Shown: positions 24,701 through 34,371 of the stretch, one piece after another
Position numbering within the stretch: the stretch's first letter is position 1
How the letters are laid out: each line of letters opens with the position of its first letter
DNA from: Octopus sinensis
Taxonomy: Eukaryota
DNA: 55,348 bases
Assembly: GCF_006345805.1 (NCBI RefSeq)
Contig: NW_021833798.1
Location: forward strand, 1-55,348
Direction of reading: 5' to 3'
Notes under the pieces: generated by a model
What the model was told of the DNA's origin: nothing
Databases searched by the model: none
What the model saw: only the letters and a program-made list of their open reading frames with translations
Made by a program: the position numbers and the translations under genes

Positions 24701-25116
24701 GCCCTTCTGGGTATTAGCGCGCGTCTACGATGAGTCTACGATTTAAAAACAAATTTACCATCATTTTTTTCCATTTTAATGCATTTTTGGCATATATAAG
24801 GGAAGTAACTCTCTAAAAATTTATTATTAAATCTCAGAACGTAAAAAGCTACAGTAACACCCCACCTTTGTGGTTAGCCATATTGAGATGGCTATTATAC
24901 TTTACATCTCTAAAAATGTTTATATAGTTATTTCCCTTACAAACCCGAGCAATGCCGGGCGATACTGCTAGTATATAATAAACGTATTTCCATCTTTTAT
25001 TATTTTCAGTGGCCACGATAACTCCAGTAAGAATGAGTGATGCTGCAGTCACTAAACAGCTTTTTATAAACGCATGGATTTATGCCGGGCTCTTACTTCT
25101 TTGGCAAATGGCTTGA
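5399..25116 (+). CDS. Six-exon gene for a 514-aa secreted, probably GPI-anchored VWA-domain protein (signal peptide, uncharacterised N-terminal domain, VWA, C-terminal domain, GPI signal)
   Basis: Exons assembled by hand: 228+289+561+125+235+107=1545 nt, open from ATG 5399 to TGA 25114-25116. All five introns start GT and end AG after pyrimidine tracts, and phases match (0,1,1,0,1). Confidence 0.9.
5799..6194 (-). mobile_element. Non-autonomous Helitron in intron 1
   Basis: Same TC...hairpin...CTAG termini as 415-807; A/T flanks. Confidence 0.8.
6478..6835 (-). mobile_element. 5'-truncated CR1-like LINE 3' end
   Basis: Homologous to 23036-23385 and 28718-29355, and to the 3' end of the long CR1-like element; (ATT)n-type tail. 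Confidence 0.75.
7288..7722 (+). mobile_element. SINE family A
   Basis: GGCGCAGGAGTGGCTGTGTGG head to GTAAAAGAG tail. Confidence 0.8.
7835..8310. mobile_element. RTE fragments: minus-strand RT piece (7835-7935) next to a plus-strand RTE 3' UTR with (GAT)n tail (7940-8310)
   Basis: Translation [26 protein letters not shown] resembles the YADD motif region; tail GACGTTAAACGATGATGATGAT at ~8281-8308. Confidence 0.6.
8927..9275 (+). mobile_element. SINE family B with an internal ~130-bp duplication, flanked by a 28-bp direct repeat
   Basis: TATAAGTTGGGTAATAATGCTTTTGTCT at 8899-8926 and 9276-9303. Confidence 0.8.
9317..9605 (+). CDS. Coding exon 2: [13 protein letters not shown]...[10 protein letters not shown]...QADYW...LEQRN
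   Basis: Acceptor TCTTTTATTTCTGTAG ends 9316; open frame matches track ORF 9398-9613; donor G|GTAAGT at 9606, phase 1. Confidence 0.88.
10030..10065 (-). ncRNA. Minimal type I hammerhead-ribozyme-like motif (Penelope-type) with variant core
   Basis: Minus strand reads CTTT-CTGTAGA-A-GAGC GTAG GCTC-GAAA-CGTA-AAAG: stem I, core, stem II hairpin, GAAA, palindromic ACGT stem III, GUA cleavage triplet. Core has U at position 6 instead of A. Confidence 0.55.
10130..10433 (-). mobile_element. SINE family C (tRNA-derived head GGAGGCGCAATGG...GGTTTCGATTCC)
   Basis: Homologous to 45643-46027; clear A- and B-box-like motifs. Confidence 0.75.
10434..10900. repeat. Long (TA)n/(TATG)n compound microsatellite
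   Basis: Visible directly; produces the spurious YI-repeat ORFs in the track. Confidence 0.95.
10990..11520 (+). mobile_element. Degraded RTE reverse-transcriptase fragment interrupted by a SINE B copy (11224-11458)
   Basis: Translation [23 protein letters not shown] and a degenerate AIFIVR segment resemble the N-terminal RT region of RTE elements. Confidence 0.55.
11575..13950 (-). mobile_element. RTE LINE C-terminal region with several internal ~120-bp duplications
   Basis: Minus-strand translations such as [31 protein letters not shown] match the RTE C-terminal RLxWFGHV...GRGRP signature. Confidence 0.75.
12071..13031 (+). mobile_element. Second-family RTE 3' fragment nested antisense in the first, with five ~158-bp tandem units and a 12-bp TSD
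   Basis: [11 protein letters not shown]...[14 protein letters not shown] translation; TSD ATTCAGCCATAT at 12059-12070 and 13032-13043; an uninterrupted homologous site is visible near 13380. Confidence 0.85.
14031..14591 (+). CDS. Coding exon 3: complete von Willebrand factor A domain
   Basis: Acceptor ATTTTTCCAG ends 14030; translation [12 protein letters not shown] (MIDAS DxSxS), [30 protein letters not shown]; donor G|GTAAGT at 14592. Confidence 0.95.
14636..15185 (+). mobile_element. Partial SINE B (14636-14765) followed by SINE A (14779-15185)
   Basis: Homology to other copies of both families. Confidence 0.75.
15240..15995 (-). mobile_element. RTE 3' coding end plus proximal UTR (15240-15740) and a separate distal 3' UTR copy (15788-15995)
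   Basis: Minus-strand translation [47 protein letters not shown]; second copy has a (GAT)n tail. Confidence 0.75.
16380..16504 (+). CDS. Coding exon 4: [42 protein letters not shown]
   Basis: Acceptor CCTTCTGTCTTCAG ends 16379, phase 1 in; donor CTG|GTAAGA at 16505, phase 0 out; two N-E-T sequons. Confidence 0.82.
16965..17205 (-). mobile_element. Internally deleted SINE A abutting the left edge of the 59-bp array
   Basis: Tail and head homology, central part missing. Confidence 0.75.
17208..22797 (+). repeat. 59-bp tandem array (~93 units) derived from the intron 4/exon 5 junction
   Basis: Consensus ATTATATCTGTTGTTATTTTCTCCAG|GTGAATGTCCAGTGTGGTGTGGTCACTCTGTAT. First clean AG at 17286-17287, last at 22763-22764: 5477 nt/59 is about 93. 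Some units are 57 bp; both edges are diverged. Confidence 0.97.
22765..22999 (+). CDS. Coding exon 5: [26 protein letters not shown]...[14 protein letters not shown]
   Basis: Acceptor GTTATTTTCTCCAG ends 22764 (last unit of the 59-bp array); complex open frame matches track ORF 22690-23037; donor AG|GTAAGC at 23000, phase 1. Confidence 0.85.
23036..23385 (+). mobile_element. CR1-like LINE 3' end starting ~36 nt after the exon-5 donor
   Basis: Translation [36 protein letters not shown] (CR1 C-terminal signature); (ATT)n tail. Confidence 0.8.
23577..23905 (-). mobile_element. Internally deleted RTE: 3' UTR fused to an RT fragment
   Basis: (GAT)n tail at ~23577; minus-strand translation [33 protein letters not shown]. 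Confidence 0.65.
24030..24420 (-). mobile_element. SINE family A
   Basis: Full head-to-tail homology. Confidence 0.8.
24577..24971 (+). mobile_element. Non-autonomous Helitron ending 38 nt before exon 6
   Basis: A|TC at 24576/24577, CTAG|T at 24968-24972, 3' hairpin CCCG..CGGG. Confidence 0.85.
25010..25116 (+). CDS. Terminal coding exon 6: [35 protein letters not shown], probable GPI-anchor signal
   Basis: Acceptor CATCTTTTATTATTTTCAG ends 25009 and phase 1 matches exon 5; small-residue cluster S-D-A-A (candidate omega site), polar spacer, hydrophobic tail to the stop. Confidence 0.8.
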
Positions 25117-25267
25117 TCAGAACTAGTGACCATCTATAAATGGTACCAATACCAATGGACTCTTATACACCCACATAAACACATCCATACATGCATGTGA
25201 CTGCGTGTGTACCGTTGGCGATTTTTTTTGCTCTGTCTTCCCTTCTCTGGATCCTTCCGTCTCCTAT

Positions 25268-25302
25268 GTTTCTGACGAAGAGCTCCGCTCAAAACGTAAA
25301 AC
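25268..25302 (+). ncRNA. Minimal hammerhead-ribozyme-like motif in the Penelope leader, probably inactivated
   Basis: GTTT-CTGACGA-A-GAGC TCC GCTC-AAAA-CGTA-AAAC: canonical CUGANGA core, but GAAA reads AAAA (G12 lost). Confidence 0.6.
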
Positions 25303-25438
25303 CCTCCTTCTTCCCTTCCTTCCTGAGCGTCCAATAATACTATATTTGTTCCACGTCCTCGCGTTGTTGTGTTTTTTTTGTGCTTTCATGTTTGGATTAA
25401 CTATATATACATATATATGTATATACATACATATATAT

Positions 25439-25489
<51 letters not shown>

Positions 25490-27220
25490 ATATTTTTTTC
25501 TAATTTTTATATATATATATATTATATTTTGTGAAATTTGATTTAGTATTTCTAAACTGAATTTTTCCCTGTAAGTTTGGAATAATATTCCCTATTATTG
25601 TTGTTGTTGTTGTTGTTTATTATTATTATTATTATTGTTGTTGTTGTTGTTGTATTTTTACCTAATGTTTCTGAGTGCATTTACCCTCATTTTCGTCAGT
25701 TATGGAACTTGCAGGTAAAATAGAACCACTTTTTGGGAATTCATCTTTGAAGGATATTCCCATACCATCTAGAAAGGAACATATTTTAAAACTGATTTAT
25801 AATATTAAAGATTTTATTTCTAGGATTAAATGGAAAGCCTACTATGATAGTTGTAACATATCTAACATTAATGATGTAGAGAATAATAATCATATTAACT
25901 GAAAATTTAAATCTAGGAAGGAACTTCCATATAATAGAGAAATTCAGGTTTTAGAGAACAATATTTGGAAGGAGGTAAAAAAATTTAATTTTCATAAATA
26001 CCCAAAATTGACATAATGAATATTTAAGAAATTTAGCTATTAAAATAAAAGAAATGTGAAATATGGAAGGTATTATAGTACAATCAGATAAAACTAAGAA
26101 CCTCTATAAACTAGATATTAAATTATATGATATCCTATTAAAGAAAGAAATGAAAAATATAATATTGTTCCAGAAAATATACTCTATAATATAAATAAAG
26201 ACTCTAAATTAATAATGATGAAATATAATTTAGATAATAAAACTGAACCTTATGTACCTATGCACCCTAGAATAACTTTGAAAGACCATAAGGAAAATTT
26301 TTACTCTGACCCCAAGGTTAGATTAATTTGTCCATGTAAATCAGATTTAAGTAAATTAATTAAATTTATTCTAGATAAATACTTTACTCTCTTTTTACTC
26401 TTTTACTTGTTTCAGTTATTTGACTGCGGCCATGCTGGAGCACCGCCTTTAATCGAGCAAATCGACCCCAGGACTTATTCTTTGTAAGCCTAGTACTTAT
26501 TCTATCGGTCTCTTTTGCTGAATTGCTAAGTTACGGGGACATGAACACACCAGCATCGGTTGTCAAGCGATGTTGGGAGGACAAACACAGACACACAAAC
26601 ACACACACATACATATATATACATATATATATATACAAAAGGCTTCTTTCAGTTTCTGTCTACCAAATCCACTCACAAGGCTTTGGTCAGCTCGAGGCTA
26701 TAGTAGAAGACACTTGCCCAAAGTGCCACGCAGTGGGACTGAACCCGGAACCATGTGGTTGGTAAGCAAGCTACTTACCACATAGCCACTCCTTAATAGA
26801 TTAAACAAAATTAATTACCTTAAATTTGGGAATAGTACTACTGATACTTAAAAATGATTTCATAATACTAAAGATCAAAAGAAATATAAATTCATTCAAA
26901 TAAATATAGATAATTATTATTCTTCTATTGATGAGATCGTACTCAATAAAGCCCTAATTTATGCAATGAATAAGGTAGGAATGACTTCTGATGAAGTTAA
27001 TGATATTAAAATGGCTAGAAAATCGTTAATTAGATATAATAATAAATTATAGGCTAGGAAGGATACTAGGAACTATTTTGATATACATATGGAGGCACCA
27101 GATTCTGCACAGGTTACTGATTTAGAAGGTATTTATTTATTATCAGAACTTCAATTAGAAAATTTAAAATTGGAGGGTGGTTTATATAAGGATGACCTTT
27201 TATTACTTACTAAGGATTGT

Positions 27221-27455
27221 CTTTCTATCCGCTCAGTCGAAGTCGACTCTCGGTCACTTGTTGGATCAGTGTCCTCCAGTCAGTTCTATCCTGGGCCACT
27301 TCTTTCAGATTGGCTATGTCCATTCCTGTATCACTCTTGATGGCGTCAAGCCAGCGGGTTCTTGGTCAGCCTCTTCCTCTCTTGCCACTGACCATTCCGA
27401 GCATGATGTCCTTCTCCAGGGATTTTCTCTGCATAATATGACCGAAATATGCCAA
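27221..27455 (-). mobile_element. 235-bp 5'-truncated RTE 3' end with a 12-bp TSD
   Basis: Reverse complement of ~12800-13030; TSD ACTAAGGATTGT at 27209-27220 and 27456-27467. Confidence 0.88.
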
Positions 27456-28298
27456 ACTAAGGATTGTACAAATAGAAAATTAGAATTATATAAAAAGAAA
27501 CTTTATAATTTCTTTAAAAGATATGGTTTAAGTATTACTATTTATAATGAGAACTATAATGTTAATTATGTAGATGTTAATTTTAATTTAATAAGGGGTA
27601 AAACCCAACCATTCCATAAAATTAATGAAAATCTCAGATATATTAATGCTTATAGTAATCATCCACCTGCTGTTTAAAAATCATTGATAAATAACGTAGG
27701 TAAAAGAATATCATTATTTTCTTATGATTTAGAGATTTTTAATAAACATGCACCTTATCATAATAAAGCCCTGCGTGAGGCAGGATATAATAATATTATT
27801 AAATTCTTTAATATTTGTAATTGTAATTATTATTTGAAGGATTATAACATAAATGATTTTTATAATGATAAACCTAATTATCTGAATTATGATAAGTTTT
27901 ATTTAGGTAACTATCGTCTTAATAATAATAGGTATTTTGATAATATAAATCATACATTTAATAATGGAATAAAAAATTAAAATATAAATAAAAATAAGAT
28001 AAAATTTAATTCAATTAATGATGATAATGAATTTAATAATATTACAAAAAATATAATAATAATAATAAAATATAAAAAATAAGACTAAAATATGGTTAAT
28101 CATTCCTTTTGGGGCTCAGGTAAAAATATATGTTATTAAAGAGATTTTAAATATAATTGAAATATTCATTAGGGATAATAAAAAATATTATAACATTCTA
28201 GAAGCTTAGATAATTTTCGTCTTTTTCATTAATAAAAATATTTCTTCATTTTCATTAATAAATTTATTCTATCTTTTTACACGTCTTTACGAGTATAT

Positions 28299-28597
28299 TC
28301 TTTATATATAGAGCTGAAGTTGTGTGTGTGAGAGTCTGTCTACTCCGATTTAGATTCCTAACTACTCCCACATTTTGCAGTGAAGTTTAACCAAAAGAGG
28401 GTATCTTATAGTCGTCATTCATATCGAGCCCTTCTGGGTATTAGCGCGCATCTACGATGAGACTACGATTTAAACAAAAATTTACCATCATTTTTTCGTT
28501 TTTTTAATGCATTTTTTACTCGGTTTTATATAAGGAAAGTAACTATCTAAAAATGCTTATATGGTTATTTCCCTTACAAACCGGGCGATACAGCTAG
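28299..28597 (+). mobile_element. Internally deleted non-autonomous Helitron
   Basis: TC start, CTAG end, homologous interior, hairpin partly deleted. Confidence 0.7.
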
Positions 28598-28717
28598 TTT
28601 CTTATAAATGCTAAGACCTACATTTTTACGTTTAATATTCAGTTATATAATATTCATCGATAAGTAACGTTTTTTATTTAACAATATTATTTAATTTTTG
28701 AATTGTATTATGTTTAA

Positions 28718-29355
28718 TAATAATGAAATTATTGTATACAGTGCTCAGGTGCACCACAACTTGTCAGAAAGTGCGTATAAAACATATTCAGTAATGTACA
28801 AATGTCTGGAAAGTGAACAGTGTATGAGTCAGATACATGCTTGTGTGTGTATGGAGGGGAGAAAATCTGGTGTAGTGTTGGCGAATCTCAGGAAGCATGG
28901 AAGTTTTGAAGGATGCAGTGCTCCGACAACTAACAACTGATGCCGGCAGTTTGTTCCATGCTTCAGCAACTCTCAGCGTGAAAAAATGTTTCCTAAAGTC
29001 ATGGGAGCTGTGTTGTTTTCTGACTTAGTAAACATGTCCATGGGTGTTAGACAGGTGGAATTTGAAAAGGTGGTCAGAGTTATTGTTTGTACGATGGTTA
29101 ATAATTTTATGGGTGTCTGCCACGTCAGCTGCCAGACGTCGGAGTTTCAATGTGTCCATGCCCAGTGAAGTAAGGCATTCAGAATATGGCAAATGCCTGA
29201 TGGAGGGTATTCTCTTGGTTGCCCGTCGCTGAACGGCTTCCAGACGATTAATATCCTGGGCAAGACAGGGGTTCCAGACTGGTGATGCAAATTCCAGGTG
29301 AGGTCTTACCCTAACTATATAAAGCCGCAGATAGATAGCCGGAGAACGGCTCACA
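28718..29355 (-). mobile_element. 5'-truncated CR1-like LINE (~640 bp)
   Basis: Translation VRPHLEFASPVWNP..QDINRLEAVQRRATKRIP. Confidence 0.85.
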
Positions 29356-29398
29356 GAATTTGATTATTATAATTGCTAAAATATTAATTTATATTTAA

Positions 29399-29857
29399 CT
29401 AGCAGTATTGCCTGGCGTTGCTCGGGTTTGTAAGGGAAATAACTATATAAGCATTTTTAGAGAGTTACTTCCCTTATAGATTCCAATTCGGGCTTTCTTA
29501 GCCATTTCTGTTTTGGTGTCTTCAAGCCATGAAGTCGTTGTTCTAAAAGGACGCTGGTCTCCTTGACAATGGTTTACGACGTTGATTTCCTTACACTCCC
29601 TTCCCCACAGCTTCACGAGGGAGGGAAGAAGGGGGAGAAGCAACAGAGGTGCAGCTGTGAGCGTGGACGCCAACTCCGCCGCCATCGAGACACGAAAAAA
29701 TATGCATTAAAATGGAATAAAAAATGATGTTAAATTATTTTTAAAATCGACTATAAGATACCCGAATTTGGTTAAACTGCACCGCAAAATGTGGGAGTAG
29801 TTAGGAATCTAAATCGAAGGGGACAGACACTCACACAACTACAGTTTTATATATATA
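29399..29857 (-). mobile_element. Helitron subfamily copy carrying a ~220-bp insert
   Basis: CTAG end at 29399-29402; insert ~29478-29700 shared with 46275-46790. Confidence 0.75.
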
Positions 29858-31155
29858 ATTTCTTGATATTATTAGTTACGATATGTATACCTATTTAATT
29901 TATTGTTCATCATTATTTTTATAATGTGATTTAACGTATTACATATAATTTACTTTGAGAAATAGTTTTCTAAGACAATATATTATTTAATAGTTAAGAG
30001 GTTTATTTGTTACATAGTATTACATTTAAGTAAATAAGTTTAATATTAATTGATATTTTGGTCAACTCTATAAGTGAGTGAAATGTTAAATCTATATATA
30101 CTATAATTAATTAATAATATAGTAAGTTTATATTATAGGTGTGTATATATTTGAACCATTTTCTATTTCTAATTCTAATATTTATAGCTTGTACTGGCAT
30201 TATGTATATAATTTAACATGAATTTTTTTAGTATATATTGCCTAATTAGAATAAGATTTAATTTAGATGTTTATTAAATAAATAAATTAACTAATTAATA
30301 ATTTAATTTAATGTATATAGATTAAATTATAATATTTTAGTTTTCGCTTAATGTATAATAATAATAATAATAATAATAATTGTGTACAGTGCTCAGGTGC
30401 ACTACAACTCATCTAAAGTGTATATATAATCAGGTGTAGTTTCGACGGATTTCGGAAAGCATGAGGGCCTTAAAGGATGCAGTGTCATGGCAGTCAACAA
30501 CTGATGCAGGCAGTTTCCACGCTTCAGAACCCTGAGCGTGAAAAATGTTTCCGAAAGTCATGGGAGCTGTATTGTTTTCTGACTTTGTAGGCATGTCCAC
30601 GTGTGTTAGACACATGGAGATCAAAAGGTGTTCAGTGGTTGTTGTTGGTGAGGTGGTTGATAACTTTGTGGGTGTTTACCAAGTCCGTCGCCAAACGCCG
30701 GAGCTTCAGTGAATCCATGCCCAGGGAAACAAGGCGCTCAGAATATGGTAGGTGTCTGATGGAGGGTATGCGTTTGGTTGCACGTCTCTGGACAGCTTCC
30801 AGGAGGTCAATGTTCTGTGCGAGATAGGGGTTCCAAACTGATGATGCGAATTCCAAGTGTGGTCGTACCATAGCTGTATACAGTTTTAAATAGATGGCTG
30901 GAGAGGGCTAACAAAAGACCTGCTGAGTGATGCCAAGACACCCTCGGCCTTCCTGACAATCTTAGAGATATGCTTTGACCAACGCAAATCACTGCTGACA
31001 GTGATGCCTAGGTCACGCTCGCAAGAGGATTTCTTGATATCAGTGTTGTGGAGGGAGTATGTGAACGCAGGGTTTTTTCTCCCAAAATGCATGGTGGTAC
31101 ACTTGTCCACAGCCAGTTTCAGTTGCCAGTCTGTGATCCATTGCTGCATTGTGTT

Positions 31156-33200
31156 CTAGGTCTGATTGCAGGAAAGAGTTGTAGACATCAGGATCTGTCC
31201 TCTGATTTCAAGGTACAGCTTGATGTCGTCTGCATATTTCAATACTGTGGCATTCTTTAAATTGGCATCTATGTCGTTAATGTATGCCACAAACAAGAGG
31301 GGACCAAGGACAGATCCCTGTGGTACACCCGATGACATCTCATATGGTGTAGAGTGCTGTCCTAGAACTGTGACTACCTCCTTTCGGCTGAGGATGAAGG
31401 ATTTCAACCAGTTAAAAAGGTCATCCCCCACACCCATTGCAGAGAGTTTCACCATAAGCCTTTTGTGTGGCACAGAGTTGAAAGCCTTAGCAAAGTCAAG
31501 GTAGACAACATCCACCCATGAGCCACTGTCAGTAATCTGAGTAATGTCCTCAAGGAACTCGACAAGCTGGTCACTGCAGCTGGAGTTAGGGACAAATCCA
31601 TATTGTGAGGGTCGGATGAGACTGTGAGAGCTCCAGAAGTTCCAGAGTGTTTCTCTGACACACGATTCCATCAGTTTTGCAATACAGCTAGTGAGACTGA
31701 CTGGGCGATAGTTGACAGGTGATGTGCGGTCGCCCTTTTTGAACAGAGGAATGACACTGGCAGTTTTCCACTGCTCCGGAGTAGCACCATTGTTGAGACA
31801 GTACTGGAAGAAAATAGAAAGCTGGTGTAAAAGGAAGTGCCTGCCACGTTTGAGAAGCAGGTATGTAACTCCATCGAGACCAGGGGAGGCAAAGTTGCGC
31901 TTACTTTGAAGGTGACGTCGCAGCATTGCAGGTGTAAATTCCATAGTTGTTATGGAGTTTGCTGTTAGTGATGGTGAAGATGGTACATTTTGACTTTCAA
32001 CAGTGAATATGTTTGCATAGCACTCGGCAATGAGTTCTGCGCATTCCTTGGGGTCGTCAGTGATCTGGTTTGTGTGAGGGTTGCGAAGAGGGCCCACTGG
32101 AGAGTGAGGTCTCTGCTTCGAATGCACATATTTCCAGAAAACCTTGCTGTCAGGATTGGCTGCTATGCACTGTTCAAATTCAAGCACTGCTTTTTTTGTC
32201 ACTTGCTTGAGATGGTTGGAGGATTTATTCCGCTTCTTCCTGTTGGTGTCTGATTTATGCAACAACTTGTATTCCCGTTCAGCAGTCCGACGTTCCTTCC
32301 TGGCAAGTCGGACCGCTGAAGTTTCCCAAATTGCCCTTTTGGGGCGGTTCTTCTTTTTTTGTTTACGTGGCACTGATGCTGCACATGCTGCCCATATTGA
32401 GTCCAGGATACTCTGGAGTATAGTATTCACATCTCCAGAGTTGTAGAACTCACGCCAGTTTGGGTGCTGTAGTTCAGTGTGGTACAGGTTCCAATCTGCT
32501 CTCTTCCAATCGAAGGAAGCAGATTGGAGATGGTTCAGGTGTTTGTTGCCCGCAAGAGCCAGATTGGCGATGATCATAGCATGATCAGAGTCACCTAGAG
32601 GTTCCTCCGTTGTGCAATTGATAACTGCTTCAGGAGTTGTGGTGAAGAGCAGGTCCAAGGTGTTGTCGCCTCTGTTGGAGAGGTGACTACTTGTGACCAG
32701 TTTGAGTCCAGCACAAGCTCAACAAAATCGTTTGCACTCTGTGGCCAATGGAAGGTCTCCCAATCGATCTCAGGATGATTGAAATCGCCTGCAATAAACA
32801 CATAAGTGGCTGTTTTCCTGGCAGCAGCTCGGAGGACATTGCAAAGCTGTGTGTCCGATGGTAACTTGGGGGACGATAAACAACGCCAAGCAGGAGTGTT
32901 GACATGGTCATACGCACGTCACAGAAAAAAACTTCTTCTTGTGATTCGTTCAAATCGGCACAAGGAATTACCAAAAAATTTGAACGAACGTAGACCATCA
33001 CACCACCACCACGGCGGTTAGTGCGGTCCTTACGGAAGAGGTTGTACCCCGTAATGTTGAAAACCCCATCACAGAGTAAGGAATGCGCCCATGTTCCGTG
33101 ACAGTGATGAAGTCAGGGTCAACACTTCTGACGTAGGCGTTGAACAAATGTATTTGTTGCATAAACTGCGAGCATTTAAGGACAACAATTTGTACCCTGC
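31156..33200 (-). pseudogene. CR1 ORF2 (APE and RT), frameshifted; 500-aa intact stretch at 31156-32658
   Basis: Motifs as above are split over several frames in the ORF track. Confidence 0.88.
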
Positions 33201-33414
33201 TCGCAGTTTATGATGGTGTGTAGAGGATGGCAGGTTGTTCTGGCTTAGTTTCCCTGAGTTGCTGTAGTCTTTTTAGTTATTGTGGGTAGAGAGCACTCAG
33301 ACCAGCTGGTATCTCTCTTCCACGTTTCAGCAGTCTTGACAAATCTCCAGATTTGTCCATCTTCCCGAAGACTGAAGCTTTCCTGTAGAGCTGAGTTCCT
33401 ATTCAGGGAAGCCA

Positions 33415-34022
33415 CTACACGTAGCTTCTTCGGGCGTACATCGGACGGTAAGCCTGGGCGTGTCGGAAGGTGGTCCGATTTTCCCGCCCAGCTTTAACTG
33501 AGGCCAGATGGTAAGAGGTTGCCTCAGTGGGGTCCGTAAAAGACAACTTGATGAGCCTAGGTTTTGGGCCAGGTCGTCCAAGGCGGATAGCACCCGTTGG
33601 GGGAACGCAGCCTAGGTCTTTGGCTGAGTTGGCAGCAAAAGCCTGAAGATCAGCCATGTCTTCTGGCACCCCAATGGCGATGACTTCATGGGTGGCAGAA
33701 TCCGCGGTCTTAAATGCGACAAGAGGCACAGGTACAGGGAGGTTCTTTAGCAGAGCATTCCGATAAGACCCCTCATTGTGGAGTCCAACCTGAATGGTTG
33801 CTTTTATTCCTGCTACTTCCCCTTTTAAAGCACAGATCGATTGTTGCAGTTCTGCAAGAACCGCACTGGTCAATTGGTGTTGTTGTTGTTGCTGCTGTTG
33901 CTCTGGTTGTGGTTGATTTTGTTGTTGTTGTTGATGTTGTTGTTGCTCTGGTTGTGGTTGATTTTGTTGTTGCTGCTGCTCTGGTTGTGGTTGATTTTGT
34001 TGTTGCTGCTGCTGCTGCTCTA

Positions 34023-34055
<33 letters not shown>

Positions 34056-34371
34056 CTGGTTGTGGTTGATTTTGTTGTTGCTGCTGTTGCTGTTCCGCCT
34101 CCTCCACGGGAGTGGCAGGGGGAGACACAATCGTCGGTTGTGGAGGCACGCAGGCCTGACACTGAAAAGTCCAAGATTTAAGCTGAACCATCTTCCAGAG
34201 TCTATCCATCATAGCATTATGATGGCTCTTTTTTTGGCCTGGGATCTTCTGAAAGTCCGTGGCACATTGGAGGCAGACAGAGATGAGACATGTCCCACAT
34301 TCGACCCAGCGATTACGGAACGTATTTTCGGGTTCCGTACAGATGTGGCAGGTGTGTGATTTTCTGGGCAG
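33415..34371 (-). pseudogene. CR1 ORF1 with N-terminal PHD-like zinc finger and Q-rich repeat
   Basis: The frame of track ORF 33415-34212 stays open upstream to a CTG at 34371 (possible mutated ATG): PRKSHTCHIC..VECGTC..VCLQC..FQCQAC, then (Q)nNQPQPE repeats and a coiled-coil-like segment. Confidence 0.7.

Larger units (their letters stand above)
25205..28200 (+). mobile_element. Decayed Penelope-like retroelement (repeat leader plus RT; no GIY-YIG visible), with nested SINE A (26385-26792) and RTE fragment (27221-27455)
   Basis: Translations SLKDIPIPS..LI..I..FISRIKWKA, PRITLKDHKENF..PKVRLICPCKSDLSK, APDSAQVTDL, LYKDDL (YxDD), YINAYSNHPP and ALREAGY fit Penelope-type RT; many stops and frameshifts. 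Confidence 0.8.

Noticed and set aside
33714-34359. Plus-strand V/L-rich ORFs resembling membrane proteins
   Set aside because: Antisense or alternative frames of the CR1 ORF1 glutamine repeat.
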